DNA of 64,000 bases from an uncultured Desulfobacter sp. (GTDB lineage Bacteria > Desulfobacterota > Desulfobacteria > Desulfobacterales > Desulfobacteraceae): the NCBI GenBank assembly GCA_963665095.1, contig OY762069.1:3232001-3296000 (forward strand). The letters run 5' to 3'. Position numbers and translations under genes: made by a program. Position 1 is the stretch's first letter. Each line of letters starts with the position of its first letter. This document shows positions 1-9,449 of this stretch, piece after piece. The notes under the pieces were generated by a model. The model searched no databases. It saw only the letters and a list, made by a program, of their open reading frames with translations, and had not been told where the DNA came from.

Positions 1-3000
1 TTTTTGAACTCAAGGAGGTTGCCCCCTCTGCCGGATGGTTTAACCAGGCCGGCACTTCGTCCAAGGGAGCCGGCGCCTCAGGCGGCAGATCTTTATTCAA
101 ATTAAATAAAGGTGAGGCCTGGTTTAGAAATAAGAATAAAAACATGCTGATCAATATTGAAACGCCCACGGTGACCGCCGGAATCCGGGGAACGGAGATC
201 AATATAACCGTCAGCCCGGATCAGACAGTGTCCATTGCTGTTTTAGAAGGAAGCGTTTCTGCTGAAAATCCCTACGGAAAACTGATCGGAAAAGCCGGAG
301 AACTGATCACCACCCGCCCCGGAGAGCCTCCGGTCAAAACGCTGTTGCTTGAACCCCGGGATGTCGTTCAGTGGACAGTTTCTATCCCATCCGACCTTAG
401 CACCTGTCTTCAGTCAGAGGCCGGTATTGACCCGGCTTTAGCGCAGATGATCCGGTTAAGGCAGATGGTTCAGGCCCAGGAGCTGCTGGAAAACCATCTT
501 AAAACCCATGAAAATGATGCCGCGGCCCTAAGCTGGCTCGCCCTTGTGCTTCTTTATCGCGGAGAGGGGGCAAACGCCGTTGAAGCAGCGGAAAAAGCAG
601 TCAGACTGTCCCCCCAAGGGGCATCTTCCCGGATTGTACTCAGTTACTGCTATCAGGGCATGTTTGATCTGGAACAGGCGGCCGCAGTCCTTGAAGGCGT
701 ATTGGAAAAAAATCCGGACAATGTTCTTGCCATGACAAATCTGGCCCGGATTCTGTTTGGCAGCAATCAAATTGATGCGGCCCGCAGGTTAATTAAACAG
801 GCCTGGAAAAAGGCCCCGGATAATGCAGACGTGTTGACTTTAAAAGGGTTTCTTGCCCTTGCCGACCATGATTACGATGGGGTTGAACCGTCGCTTCTCA
901 GGGCCAAAGCCCTGGCTCCTCAGAATGCAGAGCCATTGATGGGACTTGCGATCTACCACATGAGGCAGGGAAAAAGCGATGTGGCCCTTAAAGAGATAGC
1001 CAGCGCAGTTCTGCTGGAACCCAGGCGCTCGGTATTAGCCAGCTACTGGGGCAAAATGCTCTACCAGATCCAGCGGTTTGACCGGGCACTGGAACTGCTT
1101 GACCTGGCAGAAACGCTGGATCCCAATGATCCCACACCCCATCTCTATAAATCCATTATCCTAAGGGACCTGAACCATTCAGGACAGGCCATATCCGAGC
1201 TGAATCAGGCCGTGGAACTGAACGACAACCGTGCCGTTTACCGGTCCAGGTTTCTTCTTGACCAGGACCTGGCCGTTAAAAACGTGAATCTGAGTATCAT
1301 CCATAACCAGCTTGGCCTTTCGGAGTGGGCCAGGAGCAAAGCCCTTGAATCGGTAAAAGATGATTACCGGAATGCATCTGCGCATACCTATCTTGCCGGG
1401 GCTCTGCTCAACATGGAGGGGCGGCTTCGGGCCGGTTCCGGTGAGAACATTTTAGGACTGCTGCTTCAACCGGCCAATATCAACTCTTTAAATACATTCC
1501 AGGAATATACATCTTTCTTTGAGCAACCCGATGTCACCACCATCATGACCGGAAGTGCCGGGAATTTCGACACCATCTCTTCAAGCCTGCTGTTTCTTGG
1601 CACCATGCCTGAAAACAATCTGGCCTGTAATGTTATGGGGGACATGACTTCCACAGACGGATGGCGGGGAACAAATGATTATGATTACAAAGCCCTGACT
1701 GGATCCTTTAAATGGGATCCGTCTTCAAAAGATAGTCTGCTGCTGGTTGCATCGGCTATTAATTCAGAGCAGCACGACAGATACACAAGGCAGTACGAGT
1801 ATGATGCCGCATCCATGCCAGATGACTGGAATACCAATCAATCCAGGTATATCCGGGCCGGATACCATCGGAAAATTTCCCAGGATACAGATTTCCTTTT
1901 TCTGACAAAATATCTCCATTACAAACCTGAATACAGCACAGAATCCTATTACTGGCTCCAGGATCTTGATGTGATTTGCAATATTTTCTCTGAAGAAAAA
2001 AGCCGGATAGACGATTTTACGGTTCAGGGCCAGGTCCTGCACACAGCCAAACAACATGAATTGATCACGGGTGTATTTTATGAAGAGTTCAAACAGTCAA
2101 GTGACTTAAGTGAGCTATGGGACTATTACTTTTTCATTGAAGATGCCTACTATTATATCTATTCAGATGAATTTCCAACAACAGGAGATAAAACAGACCG
2201 GTTCTACGCCCTCTATGTCCAGGACATCTGGAACCTGTCCTCCTCGGTGACACTTGAATCCGGCCTTTATCTGGACAGGATTGAAACCGGCAGTGTAGAT
2301 GGGTTGTCCGAGATCGACGACACCATGCTTAACCCGAGATTAGGAATAATTTACCGGTTCAGTAAAAATGACCGGATCCGGGTGGCCGGATTCAGATATG
2401 TGGTCCCCCATGCCACTGAAAGGATGGATCCCTTTGATGTCGCAGGTGTTCCGGTTTACCGAAATACCTATGTGGGAGCACAGACCAAAGAGGCAGACCT
2501 GATTTGGGAACATGAATGGAAAAAGGTCTATTCAAGCACGACATTGTATTACTTTGAAAGTGAGCTGGAATCAATACTGTCAACCGGTCTTACTTACACA
2601 GATGACGCTAAAGTCAAAGGGCTGGAGCAGGTGTTTAATGTTCTGGCCGGTGACTTTACCGGTATTTCCGCAAGTTACCGGTTAATGAACATTGAAAACG
2701 AGACTGCCGAACAAAAAAACAGAATTGATCACAGGGCAGTTGTTTCCCTGACCTGTAATCATCCTTCGGGGGTATTCGGGGCTCTAAGCGAAACATTCCG
2801 GCGCCAGGATATGAAAAATCACTCTGTTTATGATGATGAAACCATCTGGATAACAGATGTGAGCGCTGGATATAATCTGCCGAACAAGCGGGGCAGTATC
2901 ACGCTGGCAGTAAACAATTTGTTTGATCAGCACTTCAACTGGATTGTTGATGACTTTATATTTACCGGCAGAGTTCCGGAGCGGGAAATTCTGATGACCC

Positions 3001-3017
3001 TTTCCCTGATATTTTAA
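1..3017 (+). CDS. FecR-domain / TPR / TonB-dependent-receptor-like outer-membrane protein (5' end outside window)
   Basis: Frame is open from position 3 (FELKEV...LFKLNKGEAWFR) into the FecR motif IETPTVTAGIRGTEINITV. Multiple TPR-like repeats follow, then a beta-barrel-like region ending in a C-terminal Phe (TLSLIF). Confidence 0.85.
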   Translation, partial: FELKEVAPSAGWFNQAGTSSKGAGASGGRSLFKLNKGEAWFRNKNKNMLINIETPTVTAGIRGTEINITVSPDQTVSIAVLEGSVSAENPYGKLIGKAGELITTRPGEPPVKTLLLEPRDVVQWTVSIPSDLSTCLQSEAGIDPALAQMIRLRQMVQAQELLENHLKTHENDAAALSWLALVLLYRGEGANAVEAAEKAVRLSPQGASSRIVLSYCYQGMFDLEQAAAVLEGVLEKNPDNVLAMTNLARILFGSNQIDAARRLIKQAWKKAPDNADVLTLKGFLALADHDYDGVEPSLLRAKALAPQNAEPLMGLAIYHMRQGKSDVALKEIASAVLLEPRRSVLASYWGKMLYQIQRFDRALELLDLAETLDPNDPTPHLYKSIILRDLNHSGQAISELNQAVELNDNRAVYRSRFLLDQDLAVKNVNLSIIHNQLGLSEWARSKALESVKDDYRNASAHTYLAGALLNMEGRLRAGSGENILGLLLQPANINSLNTFQEYTSFFEQPDVTTIMTGSAGNFDTISSSLLFLGTMPENNLACNVMGDMTSTDGWRGTNDYDYKALTGSFKWDPSSKDSLLLVASAINSEQHDRYTRQYEYDAASMPDDWNTNQSRYIRAGYHRKISQDTDFLFLTKYLHYKPEYSTESYYWLQDLDVICNIFSEEKSRIDDFTVQGQVLHTAKQHELITGVFYEEFKQSSDLSELWDYYFFIEDAYYYIYSDEFPTTGDKTDRFYALYVQDIWNLSSSVTLESGLYLDRIETGSVDGLSEIDDTMLNPRLGIIYRFSKNDRIRVAGFRYVVPHATERMDPFDVAGVPVYRNTYVGAQTKEADLIWEHEWKKVYSSTTLYYFESELESILSTGLTYTDDAKVKGLEQVFNVLAGDFTGISASYRLMNIENETAEQKNRIDHRAVVSLTCNHPSGVFGALSETFRRQDMKNHSVYDDETIWITDVSAGYNLPNKRGSITLAVNNLFDQHFNWIVDDFIFTGRVPEREILMTLSLIF

Positions 3018-3040
3018 CCGGAACGTTTCAAAAAATATCA

Positions 3041-5050
3041 ATGGCTCAGAATACGGTAAAACATCAGTTCAAAATAAAAACAAAAACCCGGATGATTATT
3101 CTGGCAGTTGTTTTTGCTCTCTCTTTCGGGGCCAGCATTACCGGACCGGGACATGAAGCGTCCATCTATCTTCACGATCTGCTCTTTGTCTTAAGAGGGC
3201 CGGTTCCGGTAAATAAGGATATTGTCATTGTTGCCATTGACGAGCCCAGTTTTGGGGTCATCGGCAGGCAATGGCCATGGCCAAGGGGGCTTCACGCTCA
3301 GCTCACTGATAATTTATACCGCCTGGGGGCGAGGGTGGTGGCCTTTGATGTCATATTTGCAGAGGCTTCTGATCCACAGAACGACCAGGCATTCAGAGAG
3401 GTCTTGTCGCGCCACCCGGGAACCGTTCTTGCCTCTTATTATGACACGGCCCAGAGTGATCTATTTAAGCGGGAGACTTTTGTTGTCCCCCATCCTGATA
3501 TCTTTGCCCCTGGCACCCGGACCGGATTTATCAATATGCCTGTTAACGAAGGCGGCCTGATCCGGAAGGTGAAATGTCATACCCAGGATCAGGTCTGTTT
3601 ATCCGGGGCGGTATATGAAAGCTTTACCCATCAGAAAACAGACAGACGTACTCAGGAACTTTTGATCAACTTCGCAGGTCCCCCGGGGACCTTTGATCTT
3701 ATCTCTTATTACCAGGTACTTGACATTGCCCACCTGCCTGACATGTTTTTTAAAGATAAAGCTGTATTTGTGGGGTTTGTCTCCATAATTGCCGATGTGT
3801 TTTCCAACCGGCCAGATCACTTCCCCGTACCCTGGACCCGGTGGGGAAAGGGGTATATGCCGGGAGTTGAAATCCTGGCGACAGTCCTTGACAACCTTTT
3901 GGAAAACAATGCCATAGTGCCTTTACCGGTCTGGGTTACTTATTTACTCTCCTTTTTGATCTGCACAGGGCTGGTGCTCACCTCCCTGTCCGGCCATCCT
4001 AAGCGTTCCCTTCCGGTCTGGGGCGTAAGCGGGCTTTTACTGACAGCTGTCTGGTATATTCTTTTTTCAAAATTTAACCGGCTGCTATCTCTGCCTGGGA
4101 TTATTTTCCCCTCCACCGCCGGCACCCTGGCCATTTTGACATTATATTTTTTTGAAATTCAAAGGGAAAAATTATTTATCAGAAAGGCCTTTTCAACCTA
4201 TGTTTCCCCTGCAGTGGTTAAAGAGCTGGAAAAGAATCCGGAAAAATTAGAGCTTGGGGGAGAAGAGCGGGAGATCACGGCTTTTTTTTCAGACATCCAG
4301 GGGTTCACCAGCATTTCAGAAAAAATGGGTCCCAGGGAGCTGGTCAACTTTTTAAATGAATTTCTTTCGGAGATGAGCGATATCATTCTTGATGCCCGCG
4401 GGACAGTGGATAAATTTGAAGGGGACGCCATTATTGCATTTTTTGGCGCACCCCAACCCATGGCTGACCACGCCCTTCACGCCTGTGCAGGCACCATTAA
4501 AATGCACCACCGGCTGACAATCTTAAATCAGGGGTGGCGGGCAAAAGGCCTTCCTGAAATCAAAATGCGCACGGGATTATGTTCAGGGAAGGCGATTGTC
4601 GGGAATATGGGCACCCGTGACCGCATGGATTATACCATGATGGGGGATACAGTGAATATTGCAGCCAGACTGGAAGGTGCCAATAAAATTTATGGCATTT
4701 ACTCCCTGATCTCAGAAACAACGAAACGGCAGCTGCCCGACACCATCGTTACAAGACAGATAGATACCATCCGGGTGGTGGGAAGGAAAGAGCCCATGGA
4801 TATCCACCAGCTTTTGGGATATGAAGAAGATATATCAGAACAAACCTTTCAGGTTCTGGAACTTTATGCCAGAGGCCTTGAAAGATACAAATCCATGGAT
4901 TTCAGCAAAGCCATTGATTTTTTCACCGCGGCCCTGAGTATCGATCCTGAAGAACAGCCGTCGCAAACCATGTTGTCCAGATGCCAAAATTTTTTACAGG
5001 CCCCCCCGGGCCAGGGATGGGACGGCGTATTTACCCAGCAGAAAAAATAG
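3041..5050 (+). CDS. CHASE2-domain class III adenylate cyclase
   Basis: CHASE2 motifs (IVIVAIDEPS, WPWPR, VVAFDVIF, MPGVEI), 3 TM helices, cyclase motifs FSDIQGFT, DKFEGDA, DYTMMGDTVNIAARLE. The K and D residues indicate ATP specificity. Confidence 0.92.
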   Translation: MAQNTVKHQFKIKTKTRMIILAVVFALSFGASITGPGHEASIYLHDLLFVLRGPVPVNKDIVIVAIDEPSFGVIGRQWPWPRGLHAQLTDNLYRLGARVVAFDVIFAEASDPQNDQAFREVLSRHPGTVLASYYDTAQSDLFKRETFVVPHPDIFAPGTRTGFINMPVNEGGLIRKVKCHTQDQVCLSGAVYESFTHQKTDRRTQELLINFAGPPGTFDLISYYQVLDIAHLPDMFFKDKAVFVGFVSIIADVFSNRPDHFPVPWTRWGKGYMPGVEILATVLDNLLENNAIVPLPVWVTYLLSFLICTGLVLTSLSGHPKRSLPVWGVSGLLLTAVWYILFSKFNRLLSLPGIIFPSTAGTLAILTLYFFEIQREKLFIRKAFSTYVSPAVVKELEKNPEKLELGGEEREITAFFSDIQGFTSISEKMGPRELVNFLNEFLSEMSDIILDARGTVDKFEGDAIIAFFGAPQPMADHALHACAGTIKMHHRLTILNQGWRAKGLPEIKMRTGLCSGKAIVGNMGTRDRMDYTMMGDTVNIAARLEGANKIYGIYSLISETTKRQLPDTIVTRQIDTIRVVGRKEPMDIHQLLGYEEDISEQTFQVLELYARGLERYKSMDFSKAIDFFTAALSIDPEEQPSQTMLSRCQNFLQAPPGQGWDGVFTQQKK

Positions 5051-5138
5051 TTCGTCCTGTTGTTCACCTGGAGATCTCTTTATGTTAAAAGATCAGGGAT
5101 CTATCGGTGTTTTCTTACCAGGGAGCAACGGTTCTGTG

Positions 5139-6638
5139 TCAGGTGCCGCAAAAGGTCCGGGTCACCCGTTCGTCGCTGGCAGGCGGTTTCGTATAGTCAA
5201 TAAACGCCGGCTGATCTGTAAACGGATTTTTAAGAAGCGTTGTCAGCAGGTGTACCTGGCTGAAATCATCTTTGGTTTCCGCATCCTCAATGGCCTTTTG
5301 AATTCGATGGTTTCTCGGAATGAAAAGGGGATTGAGCCGGTTCATTCTCTGTTTAACAGCTTCCGGTGAGTTTTCCGTGCGCAGCCGCCGTTGCCATTTG
5401 GCAAGCCAGGCTGCAATCGCATCCGGCTCCTTGAAAAGCGTTTCAAATTGCGGCGTCATGCCCGTGACTTCTGAGGTATGGTCTGCCAGACAGCGAAATG
5501 TCAGGGTAAAATCAGCCTTTTGCCGCTGCATGAGATCAAGCAGTTCCACAACAAGGGAAAAATCCTGATCATCAGGGTCTTTTATTCCAATTTTTTTCAG
5601 CATACCCTGTCTCCAGGCATGAACAAACTCCTGTTCAAACATGGAGAGGGTGGCATCAATAACCTCCTTTGCCTCGGCTTCTGTTTTTCCGAGAAGGACG
5701 CGCAAACAAATGCCAAGACAGTGCAGGTTCCACTTCATGATGGCGCCCTGATTGGCATATCGATATCTTCCCGCCATGTCGATGGAACTGAAGACCATGT
5801 TCAGGTCATAATAATCCATAAATGCACAGGGTCCGTAGTCGATTGTCTCCCCTGATACTGACGTGTTATCGGTGTTCATAACACCGTGAATGAATCCCAG
5901 TTGCATCCATTTTGCGACAAGGATGGCCTGTCTTGATGCCACCGCTTTAAAAAACCGCCGATACGAATCTTTTTCCCCCTGGATGTCCGGGTAATGGCGG
6001 GCAATCACGTAGTCGGCCAGCCGGCGTACAGCATCTTCATCCCCCCGGGCGGCAAAATATTCAAAACTGCCCACCCGGACAAAACTTGAGGCAACTCTGG
6101 TCAGAATACCACCCGGATGGATTCCATCCTCACGCAGAATCTTTTCACTGGTGGTGACGATTGCCAGGGCTCTGGTGGTGGGCACCCCCAGGGCGTGCAT
6201 GGCCTCACTGACGATGTATTCCCGGATCACAGGTCCCAGGGGAGACTTGCCATCCCCACCCCGTGAAAACCGTGTTCTGCCGGAACCTTTAAGCTGAATA
6301 TCGTAGTGTTTGCCGTCCGGGGTAACTTTTTCACCGAGCAAAACAGCACGGCCGTCCCCCAACTGCGGGACAAAGCTGCCGAACTGATGTCCGGCATAGG
6401 CCATGGCAATGGGTGTGGAATCAGCAAAAAGAAGATTGCCGGCCAGGCAGTCCGCCAGTTCCGGGGTGTCCGGAGAAAAATCAAAGCCCAGCTCCCTGCC
6501 CAGTTCCCGGTTGTATTTTTGCAGGGCCGCTTTTCCAACGACTTCCGGGGCACACCGCTCATAAAAATCTTGCTGAAGCGTGACATAACTGTTTTCAAAT
6601 CCGGCATTAAGCGTGGATCTCTCTGTGGTTCTTTTCAT
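5139..6638 (-). CDS. selO: Protein adenylyltransferase SelO/YdiU
   Basis: Motifs YAGHQFG, LGDGRA, QLKGSGRTRFSRGGDG, GFIHGVMNTDN, IDYGP and C-terminal TFCGT. Start set at 6638 behind an AAGGAG RBS (track start 6680). Confidence 0.93.
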   Translation of the reverse strand: MKRTTERSTLNAGFENSYVTLQQDFYERCAPEVVGKAALQKYNRELGRELGFDFSPDTPELADCLAGNLLFADSTPIAMAYAGHQFGSFVPQLGDGRAVLLGEKVTPDGKHYDIQLKGSGRTRFSRGGDGKSPLGPVIREYIVSEAMHALGVPTTRALAIVTTSEKILREDGIHPGGILTRVASSFVRVGSFEYFAARGDEDAVRRLADYVIARHYPDIQGEKDSYRRFFKAVASRQAILVAKWMQLGFIHGVMNTDNTSVSGETIDYGPCAFMDYYDLNMVFSSIDMAGRYRYANQGAIMKWNLHCLGICLRVLLGKTEAEAKEVIDATLSMFEQEFVHAWRQGMLKKIGIKDPDDQDFSLVVELLDLMQRQKADFTLTFRCLADHTSEVTGMTPQFETLFKEPDAIAAWLAKWQRRLRTENSPEAVKQRMNRLNPLFIPRNHRIQKAIEDAETKDDFSQVHLLTTLLKNPFTDQPAFIDYTKPPASDERVTRTFCGT

Positions 6639-6802
6639 ATATGCGCTCCTTTCCGCCTTTGCAGACAGCTTTTTTTTCATTCATGCATCATTTGTTTCAA
6701 AAGATAATGCATGAATACAGAGAAGTCATCTATGTGAATACTTTTCTAGGAGCACATTATATTTTTTGTCATTTAATACAGATATATTCAGTTATTTTCT
6801 TC

Positions 6803-8869
6803 TTATTGATGAAAGATGGCAACCGGCGGCACTGCCGCATCAAACCCCATGAATTTCACAAAGCTGGCAGGATTGTTGTATATGGTCCTGTTATAACCGT
6901 GATACGGGGGAAACCAGTGGGTCCGTAAATCAACCACGGCTTCTGTTCCAGCCTCTTCAACAGACAACAGTTCAATGCCAAAGGAGGTATTGATCCCGGG
7001 AATTCCCATTCCCAGCTTAAACTTGACCTTGGTATCATCCTTGACATCGGCACGTCTGACCCGCAGCCGGATACATTGAGGCGTCTGCCTGGCAACGGCT
7101 TTGGCCATTGTTTTAATAAATGTTTTCCGCCCGCCCTTAATCTCAGGAACCCCTTGTTCAAGCATGTTGATCTCTAATGCATCCCCTTCTTTTGCAAAAC
7201 AGGATTCAATGATCAAAGAGGTATTTCCACTGTTGAATGATGTGGCAAAACTGACCAGGGTATTCCGGCAGGAGGCAATAAAGTCGCACAGATCACCCAG
7301 GCTGACATGGAGGACAGCGGCCAGGTTGCTTAAATAGAGTTTGCTGCCCTTATCCGTTTTATTTTTTTCATAATTTTGCAGGTGTTTTACAAGGGTTATG
7401 GGCAGAACAGACTCACCAAAACTGACCCCGCTGCCCATCTGACTGATAATACTGCCCCCTTTATTAAACGGGCTGTTTCGCTGGGGAGGCGCCCAGAAGA
7501 CAACGCCTGACTGGTATGAAAATGAGTTATATAGAAGCTTTTTTTTGGATTTACTTTTTTCACCGCTTTTATACAGCAATTGGCCTTCCACACCAGCCTC
7601 GGCATAGACCTGTATCTGTTTATACCGGATACTGGTATCCTGGGTCATAATTATGACATCACCGTTTTTTTCATTGCGGCCATAATTCTGATAGCGGTAG
7701 CTTGTGGTTTTTATGGCCCCGGTAATCCCCGCCCCTGCTTTACCTGATATTCCCTGTCCCAGAGCTCCGGCACTAAAGGTCACCTGGGTGCTGGCACCGG
7801 CCTCCGGCTGATGGGACACCAGATCCAGAAAGCACAGATTCTGATCCCTTGTGATCAGCTCTTCAGCGTTCAGATCCTGGTATCTTTTTTCCATTTTCCT
7901 TATTCGTGTCTTAGCGAAGTGATTAAAATCGTATTCTTTAAAAGCAAAAATCTGCAGTTTATGGTACGTCAGACGATTGATAAAAACAGGCAGCCGGTAG
8001 TCTTTGATAAAAAGGGGATCTGTCCTGAGCAGCTTTTCCACCTCATTCAGTGCCGCCTCTATTCTCTTAAAGGTGACATTCCCGCCAGTAATGTGTTTCC
8101 AGGCCTGTCGTTTGGGCTTAAATGGGGTAAATTTAGGATGGGTGTCAAAAAATTTTAAAACGTCGCTTTTTACTCTTTCTTTACTGCCCGGGCCTATCAT
8201 GGAAGCAAATGCAGTTTTTAAAAAAGTATCGCCCAGAGACTCAAAATAAGAGGGACTTAAATCCCGCATCTTAAGCCAGACCCCCTTCCATCCGCCCCGA
8301 AGGGCTGCTGTTGCCTTAGCACCTAACTCAAAAGAGAGTAAGTCCGCCGTATCACCGGCCTCGCTTAATGAGGGACTTTGGAATCCGGGATCATTGGAAT
8401 TCATATCCGTGTAGAGGCCGGGTGTCTGGACCCCGGCTTCCAGTGACATTGCCACAGCATGGGTCTTTTTCATGCCCTTCATGCAGCTCAGGACAACCGG
8501 CAGGTTTGTCTCAAACGTCTTCAGACTTTTCGGCATACGGGTGAGAACGATCATCATCTGCTGGGCTCGGGTCCCCTGATATGAGCCACCGATTTCAATG
8601 GTCACAAACGGAGCAACCAGTGATCCCAAATCAACCGCAGCCTCTACTTTTGCGCCATATCCCCTGGATGAATAGCCGGAACAAAGCTGTCCCTTATACT
8701 CGATACGGTCACGCATAAAGACTTGAAAGAGATCGTCGTGGGTAACGACTTTCTGCTGCCATTGAGGCAGACCACTCTCCCGGGATTTTTCTGCTTGTTC
8801 TGCGAGCAGTTCGTAAAGATTGGAGCCAAGATTCATTGTCTTATTACGCCTACCAAATACTTTTCCCAT
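6803..8869 (-). CDS. Hypothetical protein, 688 aa, rich in Gly/Ala amphipathic beta-strands
   Basis: Long ORF with no recognisable family and no signal peptide. Confidence 0.75.
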   Translation of the reverse strand: MGKVFGRRNKTMNLGSNLYELLAEQAEKSRESGLPQWQQKVVTHDDLFQVFMRDRIEYKGQLCSGYSSRGYGAKVEAAVDLGSLVAPFVTIEIGGSYQGTRAQQMMIVLTRMPKSLKTFETNLPVVLSCMKGMKKTHAVAMSLEAGVQTPGLYTDMNSNDPGFQSPSLSEAGDTADLLSFELGAKATAALRGGWKGVWLKMRDLSPSYFESLGDTFLKTAFASMIGPGSKERVKSDVLKFFDTHPKFTPFKPKRQAWKHITGGNVTFKRIEAALNEVEKLLRTDPLFIKDYRLPVFINRLTYHKLQIFAFKEYDFNHFAKTRIRKMEKRYQDLNAEELITRDQNLCFLDLVSHQPEAGASTQVTFSAGALGQGISGKAGAGITGAIKTTSYRYQNYGRNEKNGDVIIMTQDTSIRYKQIQVYAEAGVEGQLLYKSGEKSKSKKKLLYNSFSYQSGVVFWAPPQRNSPFNKGGSIISQMGSGVSFGESVLPITLVKHLQNYEKNKTDKGSKLYLSNLAAVLHVSLGDLCDFIASCRNTLVSFATSFNSGNTSLIIESCFAKEGDALEINMLEQGVPEIKGGRKTFIKTMAKAVARQTPQCIRLRVRRADVKDDTKVKFKLGMGIPGINTSFGIELLSVEEAGTEAVVDLRTHWFPPYHGYNRTIYNNPASFVKFMGFDAAVPPVAIFHQ

Positions 8870-9056
8870 TTTATGATCCTGTTAATTGAAGAAATGATAT
8901 TGGATTTTATCAAATAATAAGAAAAAATCCATTTGGATTTTCCAAACATTTTTTGTAACTATTCAGCTCCCCTGAACAAGATTATACTATCTTGACATTT
9001 TTTCGCCTTTTATACTTCCATGAATCTGCAGTCTACCACAGTTCACTGAACAACCG

Positions 9057-9200
9057 CTATTTTTTTGTTTTCTCAAACCGGGCTTTTGCTTGTTGAATAA
9101 ACGGTTCTGCCAATTTTTCAATTCGGGAATTCCGGGCGATGCCGATAATGTAACTGATGTTATTTTTATCGCACCAGCTCATTATCAAATGCCGGCAAAA
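9057..9200 (-). mobile_element. IS1380-family transposase remnant
   Basis: Minus strand reads FCRHLIMSWCDKNNISYIIGIARNSRIEKLAEPFIQQAKARFEKTKK*, resembling the GFCR...WCE...YxxGxARNxRL segment of IS1380 transposases. No start codon or element ends seen. Confidence 0.65.
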
Positions 9201-9449
9201 CCTGTTTTTCTTTCCCAGCAGAGTTGTCGACCCGCAGAATTTTTAAACCGGCATAAATGGATGCCCTTTATCTTTACATTCGTCTTGATCCTATTTATAG
9301 TCATACAGAACCTCTAACCTTTTAATTAATTAATAAAAAGTGGGGTTGTTTACCCTGTATCGAAACGCATTTTTGTCCGAATCCGGCGTCAAAACGGCTA
9401 TTGTGCCGCCGGCTAAGCTTTGTTGACAATGCCAAGACATATCTCTTCT

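Noticed and set aside
5139..5160. Selenocysteine at the SelO C-terminus
   Set aside because: The motif already contains Cys (TFCGT); the TGA follows it as a normal stop.
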